The translations under genes were made by a program, and so were the position numbers. A stretch of 64,000 bases of DNA from Candidatus Altiarchaeota archaeon (GTDB lineage Archaea > Altiarchaeota > Altiarchaeia > IMC4 > SCGC-AAA252-I15), in contig JBFYKH010000008.1 in NCBI GenBank assembly GCA_041306075.1, forward strand, positions 11,482 to 75,481. The letters run 5' to 3'. The notes under the pieces are model-generated. The model had not been told where the DNA came from and did no database searches. It saw only the letters and a program-made list of their open reading frames with translations. Shown here in pieces: positions 1-9,344 of this stretch (positions are counted from its first letter, which is position 1; each line of letters starts with the position of its first letter).

Positions 1-23
1 ACTTCCACCATAGCCTGGGCCAG

Positions 24-794
24 ATGCTGCCCAACATAATCAACGTGTCTCTGACGGAAGTGGGAAGGAACAGGCCCGCGTACATCATCGGGGAGGGCCC
101 GGACTATCTGAACAGGTACAGGGACGAGCATTACACGTTCGTCAGGAAGGTTGCGGGCTTCGACGTCTATAAGAGGAACGATTTGGTCGCTGAGGGGGAG
201 GCCGCCATGAATGAGCGCGGGGACGCGGCGGCAGGGATTAAGGCACCGTCCAATGTCTCGATCGGGGGGAATATGAGTGCGCTTACCAGCGAGAGGATAA
301 AGGAGCTGACTGACATTGCGGTCGGGACCGGAAGCCCGAATGGATGCCTTCCGCTGAAAGCGGAAGACCCGGAGAGCTATGCCAAGTGCGTGACCGTCGT
401 GGCCGTCACGCGGGCGAATGTCGAGATATGCGACCTGTTGAGGGAGGATGCAGACAGCTTTGATAACTGTGTGCTGCAGCTTGCAGTGACGCGGTCTAAC
501 GACGCCATGTGCGACCGGCTGGAGGGCGATGGGTTTGCGGCATGTGTGACGGAGTTGGCGGTGGCCAGCGCCAACGTTTTCACGTGCAACAAGATCAAGG
601 GGACCAGGCTGTATGGCGACTGCGTCACGAGGCTGGCGGTGACCCGGGCCAATGCGGACTTGTGCAACAACCTGCTCGGAGAGGATAGCTTCAACGTATG
701 CGTCACCCGGATGGCTGTGAGCCGCGCCCAAAAGTCGCTCTGCGAGCGCCTGAAGGATAGCGGTGGTTACGGGATGTGTTTAGAGGCGTTTTAG
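24..794 (+). CDS. Cys-rich tandem-repeat protein (hypothetical); five ~26-28 aa repeats of C-[VL]-T-x-L-A-V-T-R-A-N-x-x-x-C; may be 5'-partial (no in-frame stop upstream within window)
   Basis: ORF translation shows periodic CVTxLAVTRAN...C units (KCVTVVAVTRANVEIC / CVLQLAVTRSNDAMC / CVTELAVASANVFTC / CVTRLAVTRANADLC / CVTRMAVSRAQKSLC). No recognisable family. Confidence 0.45.
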   Translation: MLPNIINVSLTEVGRNRPAYIIGEGPDYLNRYRDEHYTFVRKVAGFDVYKRNDLVAEGEAAMNERGDAAAGIKAPSNVSIGGNMSALTSERIKELTDIAVGTGSPNGCLPLKAEDPESYAKCVTVVAVTRANVEICDLLREDADSFDNCVLQLAVTRSNDAMCDRLEGDGFAACVTELAVASANVFTCNKIKGTRLYGDCVTRLAVTRANADLCNNLLGEDSFNVCVTRMAVSRAQKSLCERLKDSGGYGMCLEAF

Positions 795-996
795 CTTGAG
801 CGTCGTAGTTTAGCGTGACTAGGGGTCGCCAGCCACTGACGATGCCCGTTTGCCTGGATGTTCTGTAGCGTGTGTGTCTGTCTTTTCACGCCCAGCCGTC
901 ATGGGTCAGGCTTACATCGCCTTGGGCGCGTATGCGCAGGCCATTGCGGCGGCCGCGGCGAACGCTGTTGTGGCCGCGGGGTCGCTCCGTCGGCAG

Positions 997-1686
997 TCAT
1001 TTTTTCGCGTTCACGACGATGCCGTCCTGTATTTTTATCGTGTGGTCCGCGGTCTTCGCTATGGACTGGTCGTGGGTCACGATTATCAGGGTCTTCCCCT
1101 CCTCCTTGTTCAGCCTCTTCAGGAGCTCCAGTATCATCTTCCCTGTCGCGGAGTCGAGGTTTCCTGTCGGCTCGTCCGCGAGTATTATCTTCGGGTTGTT
1201 GGCGAGGGCGCGGGCGACGGCGACCCTCTGCTGCTGGCCGCCCGACAGCTCCGAGGGCCTGTTGCCGGCCTTGTCCTTGAGGCCGACGAGGGACATGAGC
1301 TCGTCCACGCGCCTTTTCCGTTCAGCCGAGGGGGTTCCCCTGAACCTCATGGGCAGTTCGATGTTCTCGCAGCAGGTCATGTTGGGTATCAGGTTGAACT
1401 GCTGGAACACGAAGCCGAGCTTCTCGCACCTTAGTTTCGCCTTTTCGAGGCCGCTCAGGGGGGTTATCGGTATGCCCGCTATGTAGACTTCGCCTTTGGT
1501 GGGGGTGTCCAGGCAGCTTATGAGGTTGAGGAGCGTCGACTTGCCTGAGCCGGAGGGGCCTATTATGCTCACGAAGTCGCCTTCCGCTATTGTGGTGTTT
1601 ATGTCCTTCAGGGCCGTGAACTCGTTCGGCTCCCCCAGGTTGTACGTCTTGTAGAGGTCCTTGCAGGTTATTTCGCCGTCACTCAT
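997..1686 (-). CDS. ABC transporter ATP-binding protein, MacB/LolD-like
   Basis: Walker A GPSGSGKST, ABC signature LSGGQQQRVAVARAL, Walker B IILADEPTGNLD, H-loop VTHD. 8-nt overlap with upstream permease gene. Confidence 0.9.
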   Translation of the reverse strand: MSDGEITCKDLYKTYNLGEPNEFTALKDINTTIAEGDFVSIIGPSGSGKSTLLNLISCLDTPTKGEVYIAGIPITPLSGLEKAKLRCEKLGFVFQQFNLIPNMTCCENIELPMRFRGTPSAERKRRVDELMSLVGLKDKAGNRPSELSGGQQQRVAVARALANNPKIILADEPTGNLDSATGKMILELLKRLNKEEGKTLIIVTHDQSIAKTADHTIKIQDGIVVNAKK

Positions 1687-2854
1687 ATCGAAGCACCTTT
1701 ATCGGGTCCAGCTGCGATGCGCTCCACGCCGGGTAGAGGCCTGCGCCCATGCCGAGGACTATCGAGAATCCGAGCCCGATTGCGATGAGGGTCGTGGTCA
1801 TTATGGGCTGGAATGTCGAGTACTCTTGGACTAGGGCTATGGACAGGTAGCCGAGGGACAGTCCTATGATTCCGCCGATTAGGCTGAGGATTGCGCTTTC
1901 CTGGAGGACCTGGAGCAGTATGGTGGTGGTGGTGGCGCCTATCGCCTTCATGACGCCTATCTCCCGCCGGCGTTCCATGACCGACATTATCATCGTGTTC
2001 ATGATTCCGAGGCCGCCGACTATAAGGGATACGGCGCCGATTCCGTAGACGGCCATCTGGACTGTCCCGAGGGTGGATTCTATCTGGCGGACTATCGTGA
2101 GGAACGACTGCGCCCTCACGCCGTCCACCTGGTCGTTTATCCTCTGGGTTACGTTCTCGACCTGGGTCACGTCCACCAGCTTGACCTTGAGCGAGGTTAT
2201 CCTGTCGTCGTCCTCTATCTCCTGCATGGTCTTCAGCGGGGCGTAGGAGGCGCCGTCAATGCTCGTGTCCCCCGTCTCCTCGAGTATGCCGATGACCTGG
2301 AAGTAGTAGCTTTCCGTGGACTGGTTTGACGTGCGCTGGTATTCTATCTCGTCGCCGACGTTCAGGTTCTGGTTCTCCGCGGTGGTGTAGCCCAGGAGGA
2401 CCACATCTGAGCCTTCGTCCGAGGAATCGAGCTTCCGGCCTTCGCCCGCATTTATCTCTTCGCCCACCAGGTAGTCCAGGTCTTCCGGGTTCACCCCGGT
2501 GAACGTCATGGCTGATGAGCCTCCGCCGCCCCTGCCGAATATGGCGCCCGGCCCCCCGAACCCCCTGAAGCCCCGCGTCACCCGGTATTGGCCGACAGGG
2601 ACCACGCTTTCTATCTCATGCCAGCTCGACAGCTCGTCTATGGCGTCCTGGGTGATGCCGACATTGTTGTCTGATTCATCCCTTACGTCTATGACGCCTC
2701 CGACGTTCCCGAACTGCTGGCTTATCTGCTGGTTCAGGCCTTCGCCGATGGACCCGAGCGTCAGGACAAGCCCTATGCCCATGGCTATACCGAGGACGGT
2801 TAAGGCGCTACGTATCTTCTGCCTGAATACGTTTTTTACCGCTATGTCTAGCAT
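1679..2854 (-). CDS. ABC transporter permease, FtsX/MacB-like (N-terminal TM, large extracytoplasmic domain, C-terminal 3-TM FtsX bundle)
   Basis: Architecture and C-terminal motifs (LTIVRQIESTLGTVQ...IVGGLGIMNTMIMSVMERRREIGVMKAIGA) typical of MacB permeases. Paralogous to the 11842 and 13064 genes. Confidence 0.85.
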   Translation of the reverse strand: MLDIAVKNVFRQKIRSALTVLGIAMGIGLVLTLGSIGEGLNQQISQQFGNVGGVIDVRDESDNNVGITQDAIDELSSWHEIESVVPVGQYRVTRGFRGFGGPGAIFGRGGGGSSAMTFTGVNPEDLDYLVGEEINAGEGRKLDSSDEGSDVVLLGYTTAENQNLNVGDEIEYQRTSNQSTESYYFQVIGILEETGDTSIDGASYAPLKTMQEIEDDDRITSLKVKLVDVTQVENVTQRINDQVDGVRAQSFLTIVRQIESTLGTVQMAVYGIGAVSLIVGGLGIMNTMIMSVMERRREIGVMKAIGATTTTILLQVLQESAILSLIGGIIGLSLGYLSIALVQEYSTFQPIMTTTLIAIGLGFSIVLGMGAGLYPAWSASQLDPIKVLRYE

Positions 2855-2873
2855 CTTGTCTCAGCCCGGGAGG

Positions 2874-4523
2874 TTATTTCTTCCTGCCGCGGTATCTCCT
2901 GTAGGCCAGGTAGGCGGCAGCTAGGACCAGGGCCCAGAGGGCATATGTCGTCCAGCCTGTCGTGCTCGATGATGAGGTCCTGCCGCTGGTTCCGCTTGCG
3001 CTTCCGCCCCCGAGCGTCACCCTCTCGGTCTGCAGGACGCGCTGGTTGTTCTGGCCGGTGTATTCGATTTCAAGGACTGCGGGGCCCGTGGCGGATGTCG
3101 CGAACGTGAACGTCGTCTGCTTCGTCGCCTTTATGTCAGATTTGTAGGAGATTATCCTTTGGGTGTTGTCGGAGCCGGATGTCAGGTTGCCGCTGCCGGT
3201 TCTTCCGGAACCGACAGTGTAATTCGAGCCGGTCCTGTTCCTGCCGCCCTGCGCGAACCCGCCGCCGGTGTTATTCTGCTGGCCGGCGGACGTCGGGTTT
3301 ATTATCAGGGTGGCTTTGACGCCGTCGGCCGTGCGGGTCCCTATGTTCGCCACGTCTATCCGTACGTTGCCGCCCGATGAGGTGACCTGCATGACCTCGA
3401 GCACGACTCTGCCGGATACGTCGACGCCAAGGTCCTTTTCGACGGCGTACGATGTGCCGCCTACGTCGTACATGATTGTGAGGGGTATCGAGTAAACCGT
3501 CGTGTCTGCGCTCCAGCTCACTGCAATGCCGAATTCGGCCTCTGTCTCGCCTCCCGCCTTGATGAGCGGGAAGTATTTCTCTGTCGAGTCTGCCGGGGCG
3601 AAGGGCGACGTCAGGTTAAGGTTCAGGGTGACGTCTTCAGCGTCCGATTTGCCCACGTTTTTCAGGACGACCCTGAGCCGGGTCTGTTCCCCCGGGCCGG
3701 TCGGGGAGTAGCTTACGTTGTACACCTTGAAGTCTACGCCCACGTCGTCGATGTTTATGCCGAAGGATATGTTGTCCGTTGCCTTGGTTCCAGAGTTGTC
3801 CGCGTATGTGAGCCCGACGTATGCCATGCATGCGCCGGCCGAGGACGGCTTGATGGAGTATGATAGTGTGAACGGCTTGTCCGATGCCACATCCCCGACG
3901 TATTTGCGCGAGGACCCGATTATCGTCAGGCAGGAGGACGTGAGCGTCGATTCGACGTCCTTGACCCGGTCCTTGGACACTCCGACAAGGGTTAGTTCGT
4001 CCAGGGTGTTCTTGAAGTAGTTCGTGTTCGCCGGCGTCAGTTCGAACAGGGGGTTTCCGAGGACGTTTATCGGTATCTCCCAGGAGGTGTATTGGTTGTT
4101 GTCCTTGGCCCCGTCAGACTTGTATCCGTCGAAGTTGATTTGGACTTGTATCGACGACAGCCCGGATTTTGCGTCCGGGTCCACGGTGAATATGACAGGC
4201 ATGGTCTTTGACACGCCAGCGTCCATTCTGCCGATGTAGAATGTCTTGTCTGTCCGTACGATTGAGGTCGTCCGCAGCCATACCTGGACGTTATCGGCGC
4301 TTTGGCCGCCGGTGTTCTCCACCACCAGGTTTAATACGCTGGTGTCCCCCGGCTTCACGCTTGAGTCCAGGGAGGTGGATGTGAAGTCGACCACCTTCTT
4401 TGTGGCCGGCAGGTCGGTGGCCGATGTTGTTGCCGCGCTCGCCCCTAGTCCCGCCATGAGGAGTAGCGTCAAAGCCAGAATCGTCTTTGTCTGCCGTGCC
4501 AGTATATTTTTTTGGTTTATCAT
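2874..4523 (-). CDS. Secreted cell-surface protein with CARDB/S-layer-like beta-rich domains, Thr/Ser/Gly-rich stalk and C-terminal TM anchor; partner of the adjacent ABC system
   Basis: Track ORF 2874..5207 is N-terminally over-extended: its first 228 aa are low-quality GC-frame translation. The real start is the internal Met MINQKNILARQTKTILALTLLLMAGLGASAATT (signal peptide) at 4523. An alternative ATG lies at 4538. A TATA-like cctataaaaata at 4541-4552 fits a leaderless start at 4523. The C-terminus ...TTGWTTYALWALVLAAAYLAYRRYRGRKK is a TM anchor plus basic tail. Paralog of 10537..11835. Confidence 0.7.
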   Translation of the reverse strand: MINQKNILARQTKTILALTLLLMAGLGASAATTSATDLPATKKVVDFTSTSLDSSVKPGDTSVLNLVVENTGGQSADNVQVWLRTTSIVRTDKTFYIGRMDAGVSKTMPVIFTVDPDAKSGLSSIQVQINFDGYKSDGAKDNNQYTSWEIPINVLGNPLFELTPANTNYFKNTLDELTLVGVSKDRVKDVESTLTSSCLTIIGSSRKYVGDVASDKPFTLSYSIKPSSAGACMAYVGLTYADNSGTKATDNISFGINIDDVGVDFKVYNVSYSPTGPGEQTRLRVVLKNVGKSDAEDVTLNLNLTSPFAPADSTEKYFPLIKAGGETEAEFGIAVSWSADTTVYSIPLTIMYDVGGTSYAVEKDLGVDVSGRVVLEVMQVTSSGGNVRIDVANIGTRTADGVKATLIINPTSAGQQNNTGGGFAQGGRNRTGSNYTVGSGRTGSGNLTSGSDNTQRIISYKSDIKATKQTTFTFATSATGPAVLEIEYTGQNNQRVLQTERVTLGGGSASGTSGRTSSSSTTGWTTYALWALVLAAAYLAYRRYRGRKK

Positions 4524-4626
4524 TTTTTTGTCCTGCATTATTTTTATAGGTTGATTGCCTAGGTATAGGTTGAAACCATATAAAAGCTGCATGTGAAACA
4601 AACTGAAACATGTAACAAACTGAAAC

Positions 4627-5223
4627 ATGGAGACCAACCTAGGGCATACGGTAGTCATGGTATTGTCCTTCATGTTCGGGGGATTCCTGCTCACAACATA
4701 CGCATTTACGGCGTATACGGTGCTCTGGAGCACTGAAACCGGCGCCGCGACCGCCGATGCCAACAGGACCGGCCAGGAGACGAACGCGTCCTGGACCGCG
4801 GACCGCAGAGACATGGGACGGGGAAGGGAAGTGCCCGGTTTCCCCCCGTTCATACAAGGGAGGCCCATCAGGGAAAAAATCGACCCAATCGATTTCCTCA
4901 CATCCCCGTTCATGATGTTCACCCTCATCGGCGGCCTTGTGTCGATGGCAGGCGCCATATCCATCAGGACCCTCACGCACAAGAAAGCTGTTACCAAGCT
5001 GAAGGAGGACCTGATGGAGCTGTACCTGACGGACGAGGAAAAGAAGGTCATGTCCATACTCGAGTCCGCAAGCCCGGACATGACGCAGAAGGAGCTGACA
5101 GACAGGACCCGGTACTCGAGGGTGAAGGTCCACCGCCTCCTCTTGAGGCTCGAAGCGAAAAGGCTCATAAGGAGGATACCCTGCGGCCAAACGTACAAGA
5201 TACTCATTGCGGAGAACTCCTGA
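4627..5223 (+). CDS. Membrane-anchored winged-helix (MarR/ArsR-like) transcriptional regulator
   Basis: Two predicted TM helices (VVMVLSFMFGGFLLTTYAFTAY; FMMFTLIGGLVSMAGAISI) followed by a wHTH LTDEEKKVMSILESASPDMTQKELTDRTRYSRVKVHRLLLRLEAKRLIRRI. Divergent from the surface-protein / ABC operon. Confidence 0.6.
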   Translation: METNLGHTVVMVLSFMFGGFLLTTYAFTAYTVLWSTETGAATADANRTGQETNASWTADRRDMGRGREVPGFPPFIQGRPIREKIDPIDFLTSPFMMFTLIGGLVSMAGAISIRTLTHKKAVTKLKEDLMELYLTDEEKKVMSILESASPDMTQKELTDRTRYSRVKVHRLLLRLEAKRLIRRIPCGQTYKILIAENS

Positions 5224-5259
5224 CCCTGCTTTTTAACCGGCCTCCACGAATAGGATTAC

Positions 5260-5676
5260 ATGAAGGACTTCATAGCGCCCGGCCTCGTGGCTGGCTGCGT
5301 CATGCTCGCCGCCAGCATGATGCTCGGGGGGCTGTTTTCCGCCGTTTTCCCGAGCACGGCCGCGGAGTACGGCAATACGACCGTATTTAGGCCTTGGAGC
5401 GACCCGTTCATGTGGTATTACTTCATCCACCAGTTCATAATGGGGGTCATCCTCTCCTACGTGTGGCTTAAGGCCAAGACGCTCGTGAAGGCCCACGGCC
5501 TGGGGAGGGGCGTGCTGTTCGGCGCATATGTCTGGGCGGTCTTCGGCCTCCCGGGGATGCTCGTATCTTTGAGCAGCTTCCAGATTTCTGTCCTTTTGAC
5601 CGTGACTTGGGCGTGCAGCGTCCTGGTGCAGTACGTGCTGGCAGGCGTCGTCTACGCCATGTTCGACAAGAACTGA
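5260..5676 (+). CDS. Hypothetical integral membrane protein (~4 TM)
   Basis: Hydrophobic segments throughout. Two GC hairpin + T-tract terminator-like elements follow the stop. Confidence 0.5.
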   Translation: MKDFIAPGLVAGCVMLAASMMLGGLFSAVFPSTAAEYGNTTVFRPWSDPFMWYYFIHQFIMGVILSYVWLKAKTLVKAHGLGRGVLFGAYVWAVFGLPGMLVSLSSFQISVLLTVTWACSVLVQYVLAGVVYAMFDKN

Positions 5677-5763
5677 GGGGAGGCGACGAGGGAGAGAACT
5701 GGTTTATATGCCAGTAATCCATGATTGTGTGTGCTATTGAACGGGGGATTTCTTCGTTTCTTT

Positions 5764-5812
5764 AGTTGCGGGCCCGGCGCCCGCCTTTTGTCGCCCGAGT
5801 TTTCGGGCGGTT
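5764..5812 (+). terminator. Two tandem GC-rich hairpins, each followed by a T-tract (gcgggcccggcgcccgc-cttttgt; cgcccgagttttcgggcg)
   Basis: Inverted repeats read directly from the sequence. They lie downstream of the 5260..5676 CDS and before the next + gene. Archaeal termination uses oligo-T. Confidence 0.45.
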
Positions 5813-5818
5813 GCGTGA

Positions 5819-6139
5819 TTGATGGATTATAAGCCCAGGCCGTACAACAGATGGAACGATAGGAGGGACAGGAACCGCGCCGGCGGCACCGAGAGGAGGC
5901 TCATGCTCGACATGGGCCGCCAGAAGTACTTCCGGATGGACCTCGACGAGCTCCTGGAGTCGTTCAAAGTCGGCGAGAACAAGAGCATACTGGCCGCGAC
6001 CGTCCTCAACAAGATGTCCTCGCACTCCTTCGACGAGGCCTGCGAGTACCTGGGGAGGGTGCTGGAGGCCGGGAAGATAACCGAGGAGCAGGCCCACAGG
6101 ATAAAGGCCTTAATGCAGCGTTATACTAAGTGGAGGTAG
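5819..6139 (+). CDS. Hypothetical small protein (Arg-rich N-terminus)
   Basis: ORF only; no family recognised. Confidence 0.4.
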   Translation: MMDYKPRPYNRWNDRRDRNRAGGTERRLMLDMGRQKYFRMDLDELLESFKVGENKSILAATVLNKMSSHSFDEACEYLGRVLEAGKITEEQAHRIKALMQRYTKWR

Positions 6140-6142
6140 CCG

Positions 6143-6787
6143 TCACCGCTTCCTGGCGGTCAGGGAGACCGTCTTCCGCAGGAGCGTCTTGTTTCTTATA
6201 GGCCGGGTTTCCCTGACTTTGGCTTCGACCCCGTCGAAGCCTTCGAACAGGCCCGTCAATTCGGCGGTGCCGAAGTAGTGGCAGATGAGCCCCTTCTTCT
6301 TAAGGATGGTATTGGGTTCGGGCTCAGACGTCCTCTTCCCAGTCTCCTGCCTGAAGTCCCCTGCCGCGAAATCCTCGAAGACTATGCGGCCGCCATGGCG
6401 CAGCACCCTTGATGCTTCTGAGACCGCCGTCCGCCGCTCTGGAGCCAGCATGTTGTCGAGCACGTAATGGAGGACTACGGAGTCGAAAGCCCCGTCCCTG
6501 AATGGCATGCATCGGAGGTCGGCCCTCAGCGCCGAGACCTGGGAGGAGGGGTCAAGCTCCTCCCTGAGCCTCCTCAGCGCCTGCCTTGAGAAGTCCATGG
6601 CGACGACATGAGCGGGCCTCCGCTCAAGGATGTTCCACAGGGTCTTGCCGTTGCCGGCCCCCGCCTCCAGCACCAGCGAGCCCTCAAGGTGGCCTGGAAG
6701 CTCCCTGTTGCGCCTCGCCCAGCGGGTGCCGCGCCCGCCGTACTCCCTGTCCCAGACGCGGTCCTGACGTTCCATCGGGTAAGCCAT
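6143..6787 (-). CDS. Class I SAM-dependent methyltransferase
   Basis: Motif I VLEAGAGNGKT, acidic motif II VVAMDFS, motif IV-like DSVVLHYVL, RHGGRIVFEDF. Confidence 0.8.
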   Translation of the reverse strand: MAYPMERQDRVWDREYGGRGTRWARRNRELPGHLEGSLVLEAGAGNGKTLWNILERRPAHVVAMDFSRQALRRLREELDPSSQVSALRADLRCMPFRDGAFDSVVLHYVLDNMLAPERRTAVSEASRVLRHGGRIVFEDFAAGDFRQETGKRTSEPEPNTILKKKGLICHYFGTAELTGLFEGFDGVEAKVRETRPIRNKTLLRKTVSLTARKR

Positions 6788-6819
6788 TAAAATACATTGA
6801 AGCGTTTAATTTTAACGGC

Positions 6820-8661
6820 GTGGACAGGGATTACGGTAAGATAGGGTTCATGTGCGGGGTCGAGATACACCAGCAGGTGGACACCGGGAAGCTTTTCTGC
6901 CCGTGCCCCTCCGTGATACGCGACGAGAAGCCGGACTTCGTCGTCGAGCGGAGGATGAGGGCGACCGCCGGCGAGTTCGGCGGAGTCGACCCTGCGGCGC
7001 TGCACGAGTTCCTCAGGGGAAGGACGCTCTACTACGAGGGGTACGTCGGCACCAACTGCCTCGTCGAGCTGGACGAGGAGCCCCCGCACAGGCTTAACAT
7101 GGAGGCGCTCAGGGTCGCCCTGGAGGTCGCGCTGCTTTTGAAGGCCAGGCCCGTCGAGGAGGTGCATGTGATGAGGAAGACCGTCATAGACGGCTCGAAC
7201 ACGGGGGGTTTCCAAAGGACGATGCTAGTCGCAGTCGACGGAGTGCTTAAGACCAGCGAGGGGCCGGTGAGGATACCGACCATATGCCTCGAGGAGGACG
7301 CCGCCAGGATAATAGGCGAGGAGGGGGGGAACGTCCGTTACCGGCTGGACCGCCTCGGCATACCGCTCGTCGAAATCGCCACGGCGCCCGACGTGAAGAG
7401 CCCGAAACACGCCAGGGAGGTCGCCGAAGCCATCGGGGGGCTCCTTAGGGCGACCAGGGTGAAGAGGGGCCTCGGCACCATCAGACAGGACATTAACGTG
7501 TCCGTGGGCGGCGGCGAGAGGGTGGAGGTGAAGGGCGTCCAGGACCTCAGGCTCGTCTTGAAGGTGGTCGAGGGCGAGGTCGACAGGCAGCTCATGCTCA
7601 AAGATGTGAGGGCTGAACTCCGGGGTAGGGGGGCGGGGGATGGGGATTATTCTGAAGCCCCGTCCGACGTCGCGTCTGCCTTCGCAGGCACGACTTCAGC
7701 GGTCATAAGGAAGAGCCTCGATGCGGGAGGCACTGTCCTCGCCGTAAGGCTCAGGCGGATGGAGGGCCTCCTTAAGGAGAGGCTCGGCCCACAGCTAGCC
7801 CAGTACGCCAGGGCTCTGGCCGGCGTGAGGGGGATATTCCACGGCGACGAGCTCCCGGCCCACGGAATCACCCCGGCAGAGGTCGAGGCCGTCAGGAAGC
7901 TTCTGGCCGTCTCCGGCGGCGACTCGTACGTCATCGTCGCAGCCCCCAGGCAGCAGGCGCTGAAGGCCCTGTCCGCGGTTGAGGACAGGTGCAGGCTCGC
8001 GTTCAGGGGCGTTCTGGAGGAGACGAGGAGGGCCAAGGACGACGGCTCAACAGAGTATATGAGGCCGCTGCCGGGGAGCGCGAGGATGTACCCGGAGACC
8101 GACGAGCCTTTCGTGAGGGTGGATGACGCGATGCTTTCCAGGGTGGCTGGCAGCCTCCCGGAGCTGAGGGAGGAGAAGGCGAAGCGTTACGCGGGGCTCG
8201 GCCTGTCGGATGAGCTTGCGAGGCAGATTTCAAGGTCGGGAGAGGCGGGGCTCTTCGAGGAGCTTGTGGGCGAGTACCCGGGCATCCCCGCCACGGTCAT
8301 CGCGCAGACGGTCTCCGCGACGCCCAAGGAGGCGCAGAAGAGGTTCAAGGCCGATGTTTCAAGGTTGAACGCGGGGCACTACCGCCAGATGGTTGGGCTT
8401 TTGGGGCGGGGCGCCGTGTCCCGCAACGCCGCAGCCGAGCTTTTGGCGAAGGTGTGCGAGAAGCCGGACATGATGGTCGGGGACGTCGCGGCCGAGGAGG
8501 GGCTCATGAGCATCGGCGAGGGGGAGCTGAAGGCTTTGGTCCTGAATGTCAAGGCTGCCAATCCCGGTTTAAGCCAGGGCCAGCTGGTAGGGAAGGTGAT
8601 GGCCGAGACGAGGGGACGGGCCGACTCGGCCCTCGTGCAGGAGATGGTCAGGTCTTCTTGA
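6820..8661 (+). CDS. gatE: Glutamyl-tRNA(Gln) amidotransferase subunit E (archaeal GatDE)
   Basis: N-terminus VDRDYGKIGFMCGVEIHQQVDTGKLFCPCP matches the GatE consensus (M-DYEKLGLKVGLEIHQQL...KLFC-C), with a C-terminal GatB/YqeY-like domain. Track ORF 6586..8661 starts too early because it overlaps the divergent methyltransferase. The in-frame GTG at 6820 is chosen from the alignment; ATG 6850 is the alternative. Confidence 0.85.
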   Translation: MDRDYGKIGFMCGVEIHQQVDTGKLFCPCPSVIRDEKPDFVVERRMRATAGEFGGVDPAALHEFLRGRTLYYEGYVGTNCLVELDEEPPHRLNMEALRVALEVALLLKARPVEEVHVMRKTVIDGSNTGGFQRTMLVAVDGVLKTSEGPVRIPTICLEEDAARIIGEEGGNVRYRLDRLGIPLVEIATAPDVKSPKHAREVAEAIGGLLRATRVKRGLGTIRQDINVSVGGGERVEVKGVQDLRLVLKVVEGEVDRQLMLKDVRAELRGRGAGDGDYSEAPSDVASAFAGTTSAVIRKSLDAGGTVLAVRLRRMEGLLKERLGPQLAQYARALAGVRGIFHGDELPAHGITPAEVEAVRKLLAVSGGDSYVIVAAPRQQALKALSAVEDRCRLAFRGVLEETRRAKDDGSTEYMRPLPGSARMYPETDEPFVRVDDAMLSRVAGSLPELREEKAKRYAGLGLSDELARQISRSGEAGLFEELVGEYPGIPATVIAQTVSATPKEAQKRFKADVSRLNAGHYRQMVGLLGRGAVSRNAAAELLAKVCEKPDMMVGDVAAEEGLMSIGEGELKALVLNVKAANPGLSQGQLVGKVMAETRGRADSALVQEMVRSS

Positions 8662-9070
8662 TGAGCTCGCAGGAGACTATCTTCGCGAGGTCCCTGGCCG
8701 TTATGCCGCTGCCCTTCCATTTCGTCTTCCTCAGCCAGTCGTTGATTTCCCTGGCGTCTTCCTGGAGCCGTTCCATGGTGAAGTGTTCTTCCACATGGCG
8801 TATCCTCTCGTTCGGGTCTGTGTAAAGCTCCTTCCATCTCGGCATCCAGCTTCGCATGCTGACGTAGTTCATGAACTTCTTGGCGGCAGGGTCGTCGCGG
8901 CAGGCGAACGCGAGCTCTGCTAGCCGGTCCAGCTTTTCGCCGAGGGGGGACAGTTCCTTCAAAGCGGACATCGTAGTGATTCCCTGCGGCGGGTACATCA
9001 GGTCGGACTCGTCCTTCCTCCGTTTCACGGCTTCCTTGACCATGTTAATATACCGGGTCCGGAGGGGCAT
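8648..9070 (-). CDS. Hypothetical protein
   Basis: ORF in apparent operon with 9080..9283. Convergent 14-nt overlap with the gatE 3' end. Confidence 0.4.
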   Translation of the reverse strand: MPLRTRYINMVKEAVKRRKDESDLMYPPQGITTMSALKELSPLGEKLDRLAELAFACRDDPAAKKFMNYVSMRSWMPRWKELYTDPNERIRHVEEHFTMERLQEDAREINDWLRKTKWKGSGITARDLAKIVSCELIKKT

Positions 9071-9079
9071 AAATACGCA

Positions 9080-9283
9080 TTAAGGGCGCTTAAGCGCCGG
9101 TCGGAGGCCTTCCACGCCGCCCACCCGCAGTTTCGCGAAGAGTTCCCTGGGGCGCGGGTTCTCCTTGAGGCCGTGCCTGAGTAGCGCTTCGTGGTCCCTC
9201 TTGCCTTCCACGATGACCGGGCAGTCCAGGGAGTCCAGGAATTCGGCGAGCTTCTCTTCCAGGGGCTGTTTTGCCGCAGTCAT
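9080..9283 (-). CDS. Small Toprim-like domain protein (hypothetical)
   Basis: CPVIVEGKRDHEALLRHGL resembles the Toprim core (hydrophobic strand + EGxxD). Weak call. Confidence 0.35.
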   Translation of the reverse strand: MTAAKQPLEEKLAEFLDSLDCPVIVEGKRDHEALLRHGLKENPRPRELFAKLRVGGVEGLRPALKRP

Positions 9284-9344
9284 TGGGGGCGCGGTTATAT
9301 ATAACCATATCCACTATGTTTAACATATATTAAATTTATGAAAC

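Noticed and set aside
850-1486. Plus-strand ORFs 850..1434, 858..1280 and 872..1486
   Set aside because: They are antisense to a well-supported ABC ATPase gene. Their compositions are typical of spurious high-GC ORFs.
4524-5207. N-terminal 228 codons of ORF 2874..5207
   Set aside because: This part overlaps the divergent regulator gene and promoter region. The surface protein clearly begins at the internal signal peptide (Met at 4523 or 4538).
6586-6819. 5' extension of the gatE ORF
   Set aside because: It overlaps the divergently transcribed methyltransferase CDS. Alignment to the GatE N-terminus places the start at 6820.
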